A DNA stretch of 64,000 nt, taken from the NCBI GenBank assembly GCA_004322365.1, contig SCTS01000007.1, positions 18,266-82,265 of the forward strand. Reading direction: 5' to 3'. The position numbers were made by a program, and so were the translations under genes. Positions 46,583 through 54,650 of the stretch are shown here, piece by piece; position 1 is the first letter of the stretch, and every line of letters begins with the position of its first letter. Source of the stretch: Patescibacteria group bacterium (lineage in GTDB: Bacteria > Patescibacteriota > Minisyncoccia > Phycocordibacterales > Phycocordibacteraceae). Under the pieces are notes generated by a model. That model had not been told where the DNA came from. It ran no database searches and was given only the letters and a program-made list of their open reading frames with translations.

Positions 46583-47665
46583 TTATTCAAGAATTTTCTC
46601 AACAGTCACCGGTGGGGTTTTGACCTGCTCCACGATAAGAGACATCCGTGAAATAACAGCTCCATCGGGGGTCTTAATAGAAATTCGCCAACGGCCGGAG
46701 GTAGGGTTATCCATAAATGAGTACCCTCGGTACCCTTCTGGTCGTCCCCCAAGAATTGGGAAACTCACTCTATTTTTAATCACCCACGTACCGAGCTCTG
46801 GCTCAAATAATTCCCATTGATGTACAACTCCCGCACCAAAATGCGCAGGGGCAAAAATAGAACTGAACACATATGCCGACTCCCCTGGTGAAAGATGAAG
46901 TGTCACTCCTTGGATATCAAAAAAGCGTTCGTACCACGAACGGACTTCGTCTGTTGCTACATATGTATCAGCTACCTTTACCACCGAATGGTACGCATCA
47001 ATACTTTTTGCAGAAAGTGGAATTGGAGGGATAAGGTGCGTTACATAGAGGAGTACTACAACGACGACGACACCAAGGACGCCTCCCGCTATCCGTGATG
47101 CGTTATGTAAAAATGCGCTCGGAGCCAAAAATCTGCCGAGGAGAAAAAACAAAATAAAAAATGCAATAGCAACCCCGACACTAGAGAGAAAAGTGAGGAG
47201 CCCAAGAGAGCCAAGAGCGATGGGCGTTGCGAGCGCAAAGAACAGCACGAGATTCAAGAAAAAAAGTGTTGTTTGAAATGGGAGACGGTATTTCTCAATA
47301 AAAAATGTCTCGTTACTAAACGCAGCAAGCGCTACGACAATAAGAAACGGCCAACTCTGGGAGAGCGAACCGCTTGAGAAGTACAGAACGAGAAAAGCAG
47401 ACAATAAATTACCAGCAACATACTGATGGATAATAGGAAGCCACGCACGCATTGATTTATCTATTTTTGAGGCTCCTACATGCAGAGGGCTCGCGAGCAC
47501 AAGTATCGAACCTCCAACGATAAGAAGGTACCCTGTAAGAATTATTTGACTGACTGTGAGGTTGATAGTCCTGAATGTGATGATGTCTACCAAGAAACCC
47601 ACCACAAAAGCTGTGGTGGCGAGATGATGTTTGTGACGACTAAAAAATTGGCTTAGTTTCTTCAT
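46583..47665 (-). CDS. polytopic membrane protein with a C-terminal DUF2914-like beta domain
   Basis: 360 aa. About 6 TM helices, then …WVIKNRVSFPILGGRPEGYRGYSFMDNPTSGRWRISIKTPDG…. Confidence 0.7.
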   Translation of the reverse strand: MKKLSQFFSRHKHHLATTAFVVGFLVDIITFRTINLTVSQIILTGYLLIVGGSILVLASPLHVGASKIDKSMRAWLPIIHQYVAGNLLSAFLVLYFSSGSLSQSWPFLIVVALAAFSNETFFIEKYRLPFQTTLFFLNLVLFFALATPIALGSLGLLTFLSSVGVAIAFFILFFLLGRFLAPSAFLHNASRIAGGVLGVVVVVVLLYVTHLIPPIPLSAKSIDAYHSVVKVADTYVATDEVRSWYERFFDIQGVTLHLSPGESAYVFSSIFAPAHFGAGVVHQWELFEPELGTWVIKNRVSFPILGGRPEGYRGYSFMDNPTSGRWRISIKTPDGAVISRMSLIVEQVKTPPVTVEKILE

Positions 47666-47906
47666 ATATAAAAGTAAGGAGACTCTCTACTCTACAATAT
47701 CAAAAAAAATAAACTATCCTCGCCTATACATTTTATACATACGATGCTTCACTCGAGCACTGTAAGCATCGCCTAGCTGATACGGCTTAGTTAGTGATGG
47801 CTGTAGCTGAATCTACGCACCTTTTATAAAGGTAGATTCTGGGTCGCCTCGTCATCACTACTTGCCAGATAAAAATATCTCTATAAAAATACTTAAAATA
47901 AAAAAT

Positions 47907-48602
47907 ATGACAAAAACATTGACCGTGCTCCAGCGCAATATTATTGCACTATCTGCACTATTTGCCCTTTCGCTTATCGGAATACTCTTCATGCTTCCTG
48001 CCTCAGTTCATGCAGCATCCATTGATAGCCAACTCTCCCCTGGAGATAACAATGCAAACGTAACAATTCTACAAACATACCTTGCGTTGGACACAAGCAT
48101 CTACCCACAAGGCTTAGTTACAGGATTCTATGGAACCCTTACTACATCTGCAGTACAGCGCTTCCAGTGTGCATACAGCATCATCTGCACAGGGAGTGTT
48201 GCAACAACTGGATACGGACGAGTGGGGCCTATGACCTTGGCTTCAATTAATTCAAAAATGGGCGGTGTATCTTCCCCAGATACACAGGTGCCACTTATCT
48301 CATCTGTTGGGGTAAGCACGGCAAGCAACACTGCAAACATTTCTTGGAATACCAACCAGATGACACAAGGAGTTGTTCGTTATAGCGTTTCTCCTATTGT
48401 CTTAAATGAAGGGAATGGAATTTCAGGTAGCGTTGGCGTGAGTGGAGATACGGCATTTACCGACTCATCATTCCGTGCATCACAGAATGTTCTCATCTCA
48501 AACCTACAGAAAAACACACAGTACTACTACGTAGTCTACACAACAAACGCCGCAGGACATGTGAGCATCACATGGCCAGCAACATTCACTACAAAGCCAT
48601 AA
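47907..48602 (+). CDS. secreted protein with a peptidoglycan-binding (PG_binding_1-like) domain and a C-terminal FN3-like domain; ORF track starts at a TTG at 47862
   Basis: The ATG at 47907 gives the signal peptide MTKTLTVLQRNIIALSALFALSLIGILFMLPASVHA. …ANVTILQTYLALDTSIYPQGLVTGFYGTLTTSAVQRFQ…. Confidence 0.75.
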   Translation: MTKTLTVLQRNIIALSALFALSLIGILFMLPASVHAASIDSQLSPGDNNANVTILQTYLALDTSIYPQGLVTGFYGTLTTSAVQRFQCAYSIICTGSVATTGYGRVGPMTLASINSKMGGVSSPDTQVPLISSVGVSTASNTANISWNTNQMTQGVVRYSVSPIVLNEGNGISGSVGVSGDTAFTDSSFRASQNVLISNLQKNTQYYYVVYTTNAAGHVSITWPATFTTKP

Positions 48603-48635
48603 GTAAAAGATTTACTAAAGCAAACTAGTGAAAAT

Positions 48636-48664
48636 AAAAATCCACCCATATGGGTGGATTTTTA
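48636..48664 (+). terminator. bidirectional terminator AAAAATCCACCC-ATAT-GGGTGGATTTTT
   Basis: 8-bp stem with a T-run, 34 nt after the stop. Confidence 0.8.
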
Positions 48665-48671
48665 TTTTTGG

Positions 48672-48880
48672 GTGGCTACAGGGAGTCGGTCACGAGTCAC
48701 TAAATATTTTGCTCCAAGTTTTCGCTTACACTCGACAGTGCGACGAGGCGTCGAACACTAAGTGCTCTCGACCCCAGCTCGTAGTCGCGAAGCGACATAC
48801 TCCGCTTTTCGATTCCCTGACGCAAGCAAAATCATTTGCTTGCTTAGCAACCCAACAATGACAAAACCCGCACAAGGCGG
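48672..48880 (-). mobile_element. tRNA-3'-end cassette (His copy): about 190-bp hairpin-rich module plus a 21-bp partial duplicate of the tRNA-His T-loop-to-3'-end segment (48672-48693, 20/21 identical)
   Basis: TTGGGTGGCTACAGGGAGTCG at 48672-48693 matches 48878-48898 inside tRNA-His. The interior is homologous to the Arg and Ser cassettes and ends in TTAGTGACTCGTGAC. Hairpin stems show compensatory changes between copies. Confidence 0.7.
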
Positions 48881-48953
48881 GTGTCATTGTTGGGTGGCTA
48901 CAGGGAATCGAACCCTGATCGAGAGCTCCACAAGCTCCAGTGTTAACCGTTAC
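48881..48953 (-). tRNA. tRNA-His (anticodon GTG) with an encoded G-1; no CCA encoded
   Basis: GGTGGCTATGGTGTAACGGTTAACACTGGAGCTTGTGGAGCTCTCGATCAGGGTTCGATTCCCTGTAGCCACCC. 7-bp acceptor plus G-1:C73, anticodon loop TTGTGGA, T-loop TTCGATT. Confidence 0.9.
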
Positions 48954-49025
48954 ACCATAGCCACCATATACTCCGTCCCGCTCGCTTTGTGCGCGCTTGC
49001 ACAAAGCGAGCCTGCGAATCGAAGT

Positions 49026-49109
49026 GTGCCCAGGAGAGGACTCGAACCTCCACGCCCTTGCGGGCTTCACCACCTCAAGGTGAAATGTCTACCAGTTTCA
49101 ACACCTGGG
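49026..49109 (-). tRNA. tRNA-Leu (anticodon GAG), class II with a long variable arm; no CCA encoded
   Basis: GCCCAGGTGTTGAAACTGGTAGACATTTCACCTTGAGGTGGTGAAGCCCGCAAGGGCGTGGAGGTTCGAGTCCTCTCCTGGGCA. Confidence 0.85.
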
Positions 49110-49119
49110 CAAATACTTT

Positions 49120-49779
49120 TTAAGTTCCCTGTGCAAAAAGAGCTTTGAAAATCTTAGTTCTTTTTCGCTTGAGGCAAGGAACCGTAGGAGAATAATACAT
49201 GTTTTTGATAATTTTTAAAGACTCTGCCTTAGCATATTTTAATTGATATACAGATGCAGTTCTGCCATGTGTAATATGTCCGTGCACATTTAGAAGGTGC
49301 CCTAATTTTGAACGAATCCAATCGATGTGCTCTTTACTTGCACTCACAAAGACTAAATAAAACATAAAGCTTGATTTCCAGCGTTTATCCCAATATGAAT
49401 GGAAGCTTCCATCTCCATCATGATGCCCGCGCAAAAAATCAAAGAAGTATTTATCGGGAATATTTAACAATCCAATAGTTCTCGTTTTGTTCGGAGTAAG
49501 TCCAATACTTAAAAGAAATTTATACAAAATAACATCTCCAAATTGAATACGACCTGTCATCGCATTAGTGGAGCCCGATTTTTTTGTTCCAATTTTCACC
49601 TTTATATCGAGACACTTCATAAAAGTCTCCCGCTGTGCACGGTCTTTTGAAGTTAACTCAATATGTCGGCCATCATTAGAAAGAGACCCGTCTGTAGCAA
49701 TAAGCCCAATGGCATAGCCCAAGTTAGAAGACCACACGATAGGTACTTTTCTTTTTGGTGGTGACCCTGGCTTGCCCAT
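49120..49779 (-). CDS. free-standing LAGLIDADG homing endonuclease (two-motif, single-chain)
   Basis: Motif 1 GYAIGLIATDGSL, motif 2 DFLRGHHDGDGSF. The gene ends 10 nt before the tRNA-Leu 5' end on the same strand. Confidence 0.85.
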   Translation of the reverse strand: MGKPGSPPKRKVPIVWSSNLGYAIGLIATDGSLSNDGRHIELTSKDRAQRETFMKCLDIKVKIGTKKSGSTNAMTGRIQFGDVILYKFLLSIGLTPNKTRTIGLLNIPDKYFFDFLRGHHDGDGSFHSYWDKRWKSSFMFYLVFVSASKEHIDWIRSKLGHLLNVHGHITHGRTASVYQLKYAKAESLKIIKNMYYSPTVPCLKRKRTKIFKALFAQGT

Positions 49780-49814
49780 ACCTCAAGTATATAGCGTCTA
49801 CCAATTTATTTTAA

Positions 49815-49845
49815 AGAAAAACTGTGCATTTTGCACAGTTTTTCT
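49815..49845 (-). terminator. terminator after rplS (ACTGTGC-ATTTT-GCACAGT plus T-run)
   Basis: 7-bp stem with TTTTTCT on the minus strand. Confidence 0.65.
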
Positions 49846-49864
49846 AACTTCTTGTCGTTAAAAT

Positions 49865-50428
49865 TTATGACGCCTCTTTTGCTGCTTCTATTTCTTCAGG
49901 AGTAACAGGTTCAGAAACTTCTATAGGAGCCTCATCAACTACTTCAGATGCTTTCGCTTGTTCTGCTCGGAGTGCCTCTTCTGCAGCGGCGTCTTCAGCT
50001 GCCTTTGCTTCAGCGAGAGATGCTGCCTCAGCCATTTCGCGATCACTGCCTGTCGTCAAAGACACGAGGCTCATCTTACGAAGCTGGCGACGCATTTCAC
50101 GAGAGACTTTATCGCGGATGTAATAGAGTTTTGCGCGTCGCACTTTTGAACGACGAACAATGTCTATTTTGTCGATCATCGGAGAATAGAGGGGGAAGAT
50201 TTTTTCAACACCAACGCCAGAAAGAGTAGCGCGGACAGTGAATGTCGCACCAGCTTCAGTGCCGTGTTTTCGTGCAAGCACAAGCCCTTCGTACATCTGA
50301 ATACGGGTTTTGCCTTTTTCCTGAATTTTCTGATGAACACGAACAACGTCTCCAGCTCGAATATCAAGCTTTTTACGCTCATCCACGTTCACTGAAGAAA
50401 TAGTTTTGAGGTCAATTGCTACTACCAT
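49865..50428 (-). CDS. rplS: 50S ribosomal protein L19 with an Ala/Glu-rich C-terminal extension; ORF track extends to a GTG at 50446
   Basis: …RAGDVVRVHQKIQEKGKTRIQMYEGLVLARKHG…FTVR…GVEKIFPLYSP…KLYYIR…. Confidence 0.88.
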   Translation of the reverse strand: MVVAIDLKTISSVNVDERKKLDIRAGDVVRVHQKIQEKGKTRIQMYEGLVLARKHGTEAGATFTVRATLSGVGVEKIFPLYSPMIDKIDIVRRSKVRRAKLYYIRDKVSREMRRQLRKMSLVSLTTGSDREMAEAASLAEAKAAEDAAAEEALRAEQAKASEVVDEAPIEVSEPVTPEEIEAAKEAS

Positions 50429-50474
50429 AGTGACGAAAAATAACACGGGGGCGCCATTTTAGCAACGGGGAGAG

Positions 50475-51197
50475 TTATTTTGGCTTTTCTAGCTCCTTTT
50501 CCGCATGTATGAAGTCAGCGGGTAGTGTGGCCTCGAAAGTACGCAGTTCCCCACTTGGAAGCGTAAGAGTTAGGGAGAGTGCGTGCAGTGCCAATCTCTC
50601 AAAACCAAGTGCCTTGTCTCGCCTAGGAGCATACAAGGAGTCGGATACTAATGGATATTGAAGTGCTTTAAAATGAACACGAATTTGATGCATCCTTCCT
50701 GTTTTTGGCTTTACTTCAACATAGGTAAATCCCCCACCCACCTTTAACCGTGTCCATGCGGTTATTGCATCTCGAAGAGGTTCTTTAGCGCCTCGTTCAG
50801 CAGAGCGACGCCTGAAATCAGTTTTCGATCGTCCGATAGGAAGCGTAATAATTCCAGTGGGTTCTTTTAATTCTCCCCACAAAAACGCACGGTACGTTTT
50901 TTCTGTTTCTCGTTCTTTAAATTGTTCCTTCAAAAAAAGAAATGCTTCCTGGTTTTTTGCGAGGATAATCACCCCTGAAGTTTCTTTATCTAGACGATGA
51001 ACAATGCCTGGACGATTGATGACCACACCATTGGTAAGGACTAACGGCTCACCCACTTCTTTTGCGCTCGGCACATGCAGGACAAACCAATCTGCAAGTG
51101 TCTCTTCCTCTCGCCTTCCATCTTTATGCACAGACATACCGGCAGGTTTGTTTGCCACCAGCACATCATCATCTTCAAAAATTATTTCGGGCATCAT
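50475..51197 (-). CDS. RluA-family pseudouridine synthase
   Basis: Catalytic motif HRLDKETSG. 240 aa. Confidence 0.88.
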   Translation of the reverse strand: MMPEIIFEDDDVLVANKPAGMSVHKDGRREEETLADWFVLHVPSAKEVGEPLVLTNGVVINRPGIVHRLDKETSGVIILAKNQEAFLFLKEQFKERETEKTYRAFLWGELKEPTGIITLPIGRSKTDFRRRSAERGAKEPLRDAITAWTRLKVGGGFTYVEVKPKTGRMHQIRVHFKALQYPLVSDSLYAPRRDKALGFERLALHALSLTLTLPSGELRTFEATLPADFIHAEKELEKPK

Positions 51198-51203
51198 GGA
51201 TAC

Positions 51204-51881
51204 TCAAACGCCGCGTCGCTGTTCTCGTAGAGCATATTCTGCAAGAATTGAGTCAAATTCAGCCTTCTCAAAAGCAGGCCACTTAGTGTCAGTGAAGAAA
51301 AGTTCGCTATACACTGACTGCCACGTGAGAAAATTAGAAAGACGTTTATCTCCTCCTGTTCTGATGATCAGATTGGGATCACTAAACTCGCCACCCCAAA
51401 GCGCTTTGCGAAATGAAGCCTCATCCACCCGCTCAACCTTCTCTGATAACAGTGTATTCACTCCCTGAAGAATCTCCGCTCGCCCTCCGTAGGACAACGC
51501 AATGATGAGTGTCCCGCTCACTCCTCCTTTTGTTCGCTCCTCAACTTCATTCATTTTTTTCTGCAAACTCAAAGGTAAGCGCTCGCGTTGTCCTATAAAT
51601 TTTACGCGTACATTTTTCTGTACGATGTCATCTACATCCTTACCAAAAGTCATTTCAAAAAGATTCATCAGGTAATTAACCTCTTCTGGACTGCGGTTCC
51701 AATTCTCTGTAGAGAATGCATATAAAATTAACTCTTTAATTCCTGCATCCTGCACCCACGAAACTAAATCTTTCACTTTGTCTAAGCCTCGTCGATGCCC
51801 CTCAAGGCTTGGCAGTCCCTGTTCTTTGGCGAAGCGGCGATTGCCGTCCATGATAACTCCAACTGATTGAATAGATTTCAT
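51204..51881 (-). CDS. uppS: undecaprenyl diphosphate synthase (cis-isoprenyl transferase)
   Basis: IMDGNRRFAKE, …ALSYGGRAEI…, …IRTGGDKRLSNFL…. Confidence 0.9.
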   Translation of the reverse strand: MKSIQSVGVIMDGNRRFAKEQGLPSLEGHRRGLDKVKDLVSWVQDAGIKELILYAFSTENWNRSPEEVNYLMNLFEMTFGKDVDDIVQKNVRVKFIGQRERLPLSLQKKMNEVEERTKGGVSGTLIIALSYGGRAEILQGVNTLLSEKVERVDEASFRKALWGGEFSDPNLIIRTGGDKRLSNFLTWQSVYSELFFTDTKWPAFEKAEFDSILAEYALREQRRGV

Positions 51882-52004
51882 GAAATGTTAGTGATGGTAG
51901 CAAATAGAGAAACTCCTATGCGTGGCAGTTAGTTTCATGCACTCTACTAGAATAGTGCCGACCGGAGCAAGGAGTAAGCCTGCATTGCAAATTGTATCGC
52001 GGTA

Positions 52005-52349
52005 TCATTTTTTATCTTTAAAACGAGAGAGGCACTCGTACGAATAGGTGATAACAATAGAAGCGGCACCCCACAGAAAAGGAAGCCAGAGAGGAAGGCC
52101 GAAAAAATCTGGCGATTCGTAATGCCATACTCCTTTCCCAATTGCGATAGCCTCCGTGAGAGGGCCCCACAGCGCTACAAACACATAGACCGCTGTGATT
52201 TTTTTACTCCTGAGAACCACAAGCATCAGTGCTGAAATCACAAAAAGCGTGAGCGTGAGTATAAAAGACTCACGCCATAGCAGTACCACAGCACTTACAG
52301 ATCCTATGTATCCTAGGACAACGCTCGCTGTTTTAAGGCTCAGTTTCAT
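52005..52349 (-). CDS. hypothetical small membrane protein (114 aa, 3-4 TM)
   Basis: Hydrophobic ORF with no recognisable family. Confidence 0.5.
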   Translation of the reverse strand: MKLSLKTASVVLGYIGSVSAVVLLWRESFILTLTLFVISALMLVVLRSKKITAVYVFVALWGPLTEAIAIGKGVWHYESPDFFGLPLWLPFLWGAASIVITYSYECLSRFKDKK

Positions 52350-52439
52350 AACAAAACGGTATCATAAAAAAATAGAGGGGGAAGAATATCTTAGGTGTGA
52401 TTGGAATAAAAAAAACTTTTAGTGTACTCTGAGCAATTC

Positions 52440-52515
52440 GGGCGATTAGCTCAGTTGGTAGAGCGCTTCATTTACACTGAAGATGTCGCAGGTTCAAGTC
52501 CTGCATCGCCCACCA
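52440..52515 (+). tRNA. tRNA-Val (anticodon TAC) with an encoded CCA
   Basis: GGGCGATTAGCTCAGTTGGTAGAGCGCTTCATTTACACTGAAGATGTCGCAGGTTCAAGTCCTGCATCGCCCACCA. Confidence 0.9.
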
Positions 52516-52674
52516 CAATATAATTTCTTGTTATTATGAGAACCATGCGTTTTATAAAAACACTATGATTCACAGTCGCCACAAAAAAAGTTGGTCTGGG
52601 TTTAACTAAAGTCTTTCATTTGAGGCAGTTGGAATACTGCTAATTTTTATTTTTTAACTAACCACTAACGAACC

Positions 52675-53337
52675 ATGCTCCAATTTACTGAATCATCACT
52701 TAAAAAACTTCTCTTAGCTCTTGCCATTTATCTTGCATCTCTTTTCGCCGCAAACACTCTCGGACTTAAAATCATGCCGTTTCTTTTCGGTACCGGTCTT
52801 TCTGTGGCTGTTTTCTCTTTCCCTATTGTATTTCTCATGACCGATGTCATTGGCGAAGTGTATGGAAAGCGAGTTGCAAAACTCTTCGTACTTGCAGGAT
52901 TCATTGCAACAGCACTCTTCATCCTGTACTCATTCATTTCAATTGCAATGCCGTGGTCTCCAAGAGGCTTGTGGGTAAGCGAAGGATATAACCAAGTCTT
53001 CGGTATTTCCGTCAGAATGGCAATCGCATCTCTAGTCGCATTCGCTATTGCTCAATACCAGGATGTTATTTCATTCTTCTTCTTCAAAAAGATCTTAGGA
53101 AAATCTGGATTCTGGCTTCGTTCAACACTCTCAAATATGTGGTCACAATTTCTCGACACAGTAATTTTTATGGTAATCGCATTTGCAGGCGTGTACTCAA
53201 CATCAACACTTATAGGCATCATGTTTAGTTGGTGGCTCTACAAGGTTGCTATGGGCTTCCTCTATACTCCACTCTCCTACATCGCAATACGCCTACTCAA
53301 AGACAAGAATGAAACCAAAGACCCAGCCTCTGCCTAA
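52675..53337 (+). CDS. queuosine-precursor transporter family (YhhQ/VUT, DUF165) membrane protein
   Basis: 220-aa polytopic protein with the characteristic N-terminal region …LFAANTLGLKIMPF…SFPIVFLMTDVIGEVYGK…. Confidence 0.75.
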   Translation: MLQFTESSLKKLLLALAIYLASLFAANTLGLKIMPFLFGTGLSVAVFSFPIVFLMTDVIGEVYGKRVAKLFVLAGFIATALFILYSFISIAMPWSPRGLWVSEGYNQVFGISVRMAIASLVAFAIAQYQDVISFFFFKKILGKSGFWLRSTLSNMWSQFLDTVIFMVIAFAGVYSTSTLIGIMFSWWLYKVAMGFLYTPLSYIAIRLLKDKNETKDPASA

Positions 53338-53842
53338 AACACGCTTCGTTGCCTATGTAGCAACATCCATCGATGGACGCATCTCACTTGAAAAAAGGAA
53401 GCTTCCTGATTGGACTAGCAAGGAAGATTGGAAGTTCTTCCAGAGCGAACTCGCGCATGCTGATGCAGTTGTTGTAGGAAGAAATACATACCTATCTGCT
53501 CAAAGTCGTCTCCAGAAACGCACAACTTTCGTGCTATCGAGTAGAGTAAAAAATAAGCTCAAAAAAGGTACAGTCACCTTCATCAATCCAGCATGCAACG
53601 ATCTTAAGAAGCTCTTCTCAGTGTATAAGACAGTCGCCATAGTTGGTGGTGTACGGGTCTACCAAACAATGCTCGACAGCAATCTCCTCCACGAGCTCTA
53701 TGTAACTATTGAACCTCTAGTGTTTGGACGAGGAGTTCCAATGTTTTCCGGTGGTTCAAAAACAAAGCAGTTCGAACTCGTCTCCGTAAAAAAACTTAAT
53801 ACAACGAGCACACTTCTTCTTCACTACAAGGTAAAGAAGTAA
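53309..53842 (+). CDS. RibD C-terminal/DHFR-fold reductase family protein; ORF track starts at 53246
   Basis: MKPKTQ…FVAYVATSIDGRISL…WTSKEDWKFF…ADAVVVGRNTY… typical of RibD_C. Overlaps the previous gene by 29 nt. Confidence 0.8.
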   Translation: MKPKTQPLPKTRFVAYVATSIDGRISLEKRKLPDWTSKEDWKFFQSELAHADAVVVGRNTYLSAQSRLQKRTTFVLSSRVKNKLKKGTVTFINPACNDLKKLFSVYKTVAIVGGVRVYQTMLDSNLLHELYVTIEPLVFGRGVPMFSGGSKTKQFELVSVKKLNTTSTLLLHYKVKK

Positions 53843-53879
53843 CCCTCACTCAATTATTAAATGTGTAAAAAATAATCGA

Positions 53880-53915
53880 TATAGTATAATCTAACGATCG
53901 TTAGATTATACTATA
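53880..53915. promoter_or_regulatory. 17-2-17 perfect palindrome TATAGTATAATCTAACG-AT-CGTTAGATTATACTATA; putative operator/promoter of the CofE-like gene 53943..54650
   Basis: Perfect 36-bp palindrome 28 nt upstream of the ATG. The core GTATAAT[T/C]TAACG..CGTTA[A/G]ATTATAC is shared with 5083-5110. Confidence 0.6.
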
Positions 53916-53942
53916 CAGCTATCCTTAACCTACCTAGGGCAT

Positions 53943-54650
53943 ATGCATGTGCAAGCAATCAAAACACGGGTGTTCAAAAAAGACGAGGATCTTTCTCTGT
54001 TCATTTTTGAATATCTAAAAAAAATCCCGGAGCGTTCAGTACTTGTAATTGCCTCAAAAATTGTCGCGCTCTCCGAAGGACGCACTGCACAGATATCTGA
54101 AAAAAATAAACTAATAAAAAGAGAGAGTTCGTGGGCACTTAAGACGGGAAAAGTTTGGCTCACTGAAAAGAGTGGAATGATTATGGCGAATGCTGGCATT
54201 GATGAATCAAATGCCCAAGGAGAATTGGTACTTCTACCAAAAGACAGTTTTGCTTCAGCGGAGCGTTTGCGAAAAATGTTGCAAAAAAAATACCGAGTGA
54301 AAAACCTCGGCATCGTAATTACCGATAGCGCGCTCATGCCCCTCAGAGCTGGTGTAGTGGGTGCCGCGCTTGGATATGCAGGCTTTAAGGGGGTGCGAGA
54401 TTACCGAGGAAAGAAAGACGTCTTTGGAAGAAAAATGGAAATGTCGCGTACCAATGTTACTGATAGCCTAGCTACCGCCGGCACGCTCGTTATGGGTGAG
54501 GGAGCAGAACAACAACCACTGGCGCTTATTACTGAAGCTCCTGTTGAGTTTGTAGAAAAAACAAATAAGAAAGAACTAAAGATTGCAGCGAAGGAGGATA
54601 TTTTTTGGCCGTTGTTGAAACGGTACATTCAAAAAACGGGTCGAGACTGA
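53943..54650 (+). CDS. CofE-like gamma-glutamyl ligase family protein, paralog 2
   Basis: 235 aa: …SVLVIASKIVALSEGR…, …NLGIVITDSALMPLRAGVVGAALGYAGF…. Same fold as 38791..39531. Confidence 0.8.
   Translation: MHVQAIKTRVFKKDEDLSLFIFEYLKKIPERSVLVIASKIVALSEGRTAQISEKNKLIKRESSWALKTGKVWLTEKSGMIMANAGIDESNAQGELVLLPKDSFASAERLRKMLQKKYRVKNLGIVITDSALMPLRAGVVGAALGYAGFKGVRDYRGKKDVFGRKMEMSRTNVTDSLATAGTLVMGEGAEQQPLALITEAPVEFVEKTNKKELKIAAKEDIFWPLLKRYIQKTGRD

Noticed and set aside
52516-52674. preQ1 riboswitch upstream of the YhhQ-family queuosine-precursor transporter
   Set aside because: It is expected by analogy, but the leader lacks the small P1 hairpin followed by the conserved A-rich tail and CUA of preQ1-I. 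It also lacks preQ1-II features. Only a generic hairpin (GCAGT-TGGAAT-ACTGC) and T-runs are present. A weak match of AGTCGCCACAAA to the tRNA-Val 3' end was also judged insignificant.
53930-54337. 135-aa minus-strand ORF
   Set aside because: Antisense to the CofE-like paralog 53943..54650.
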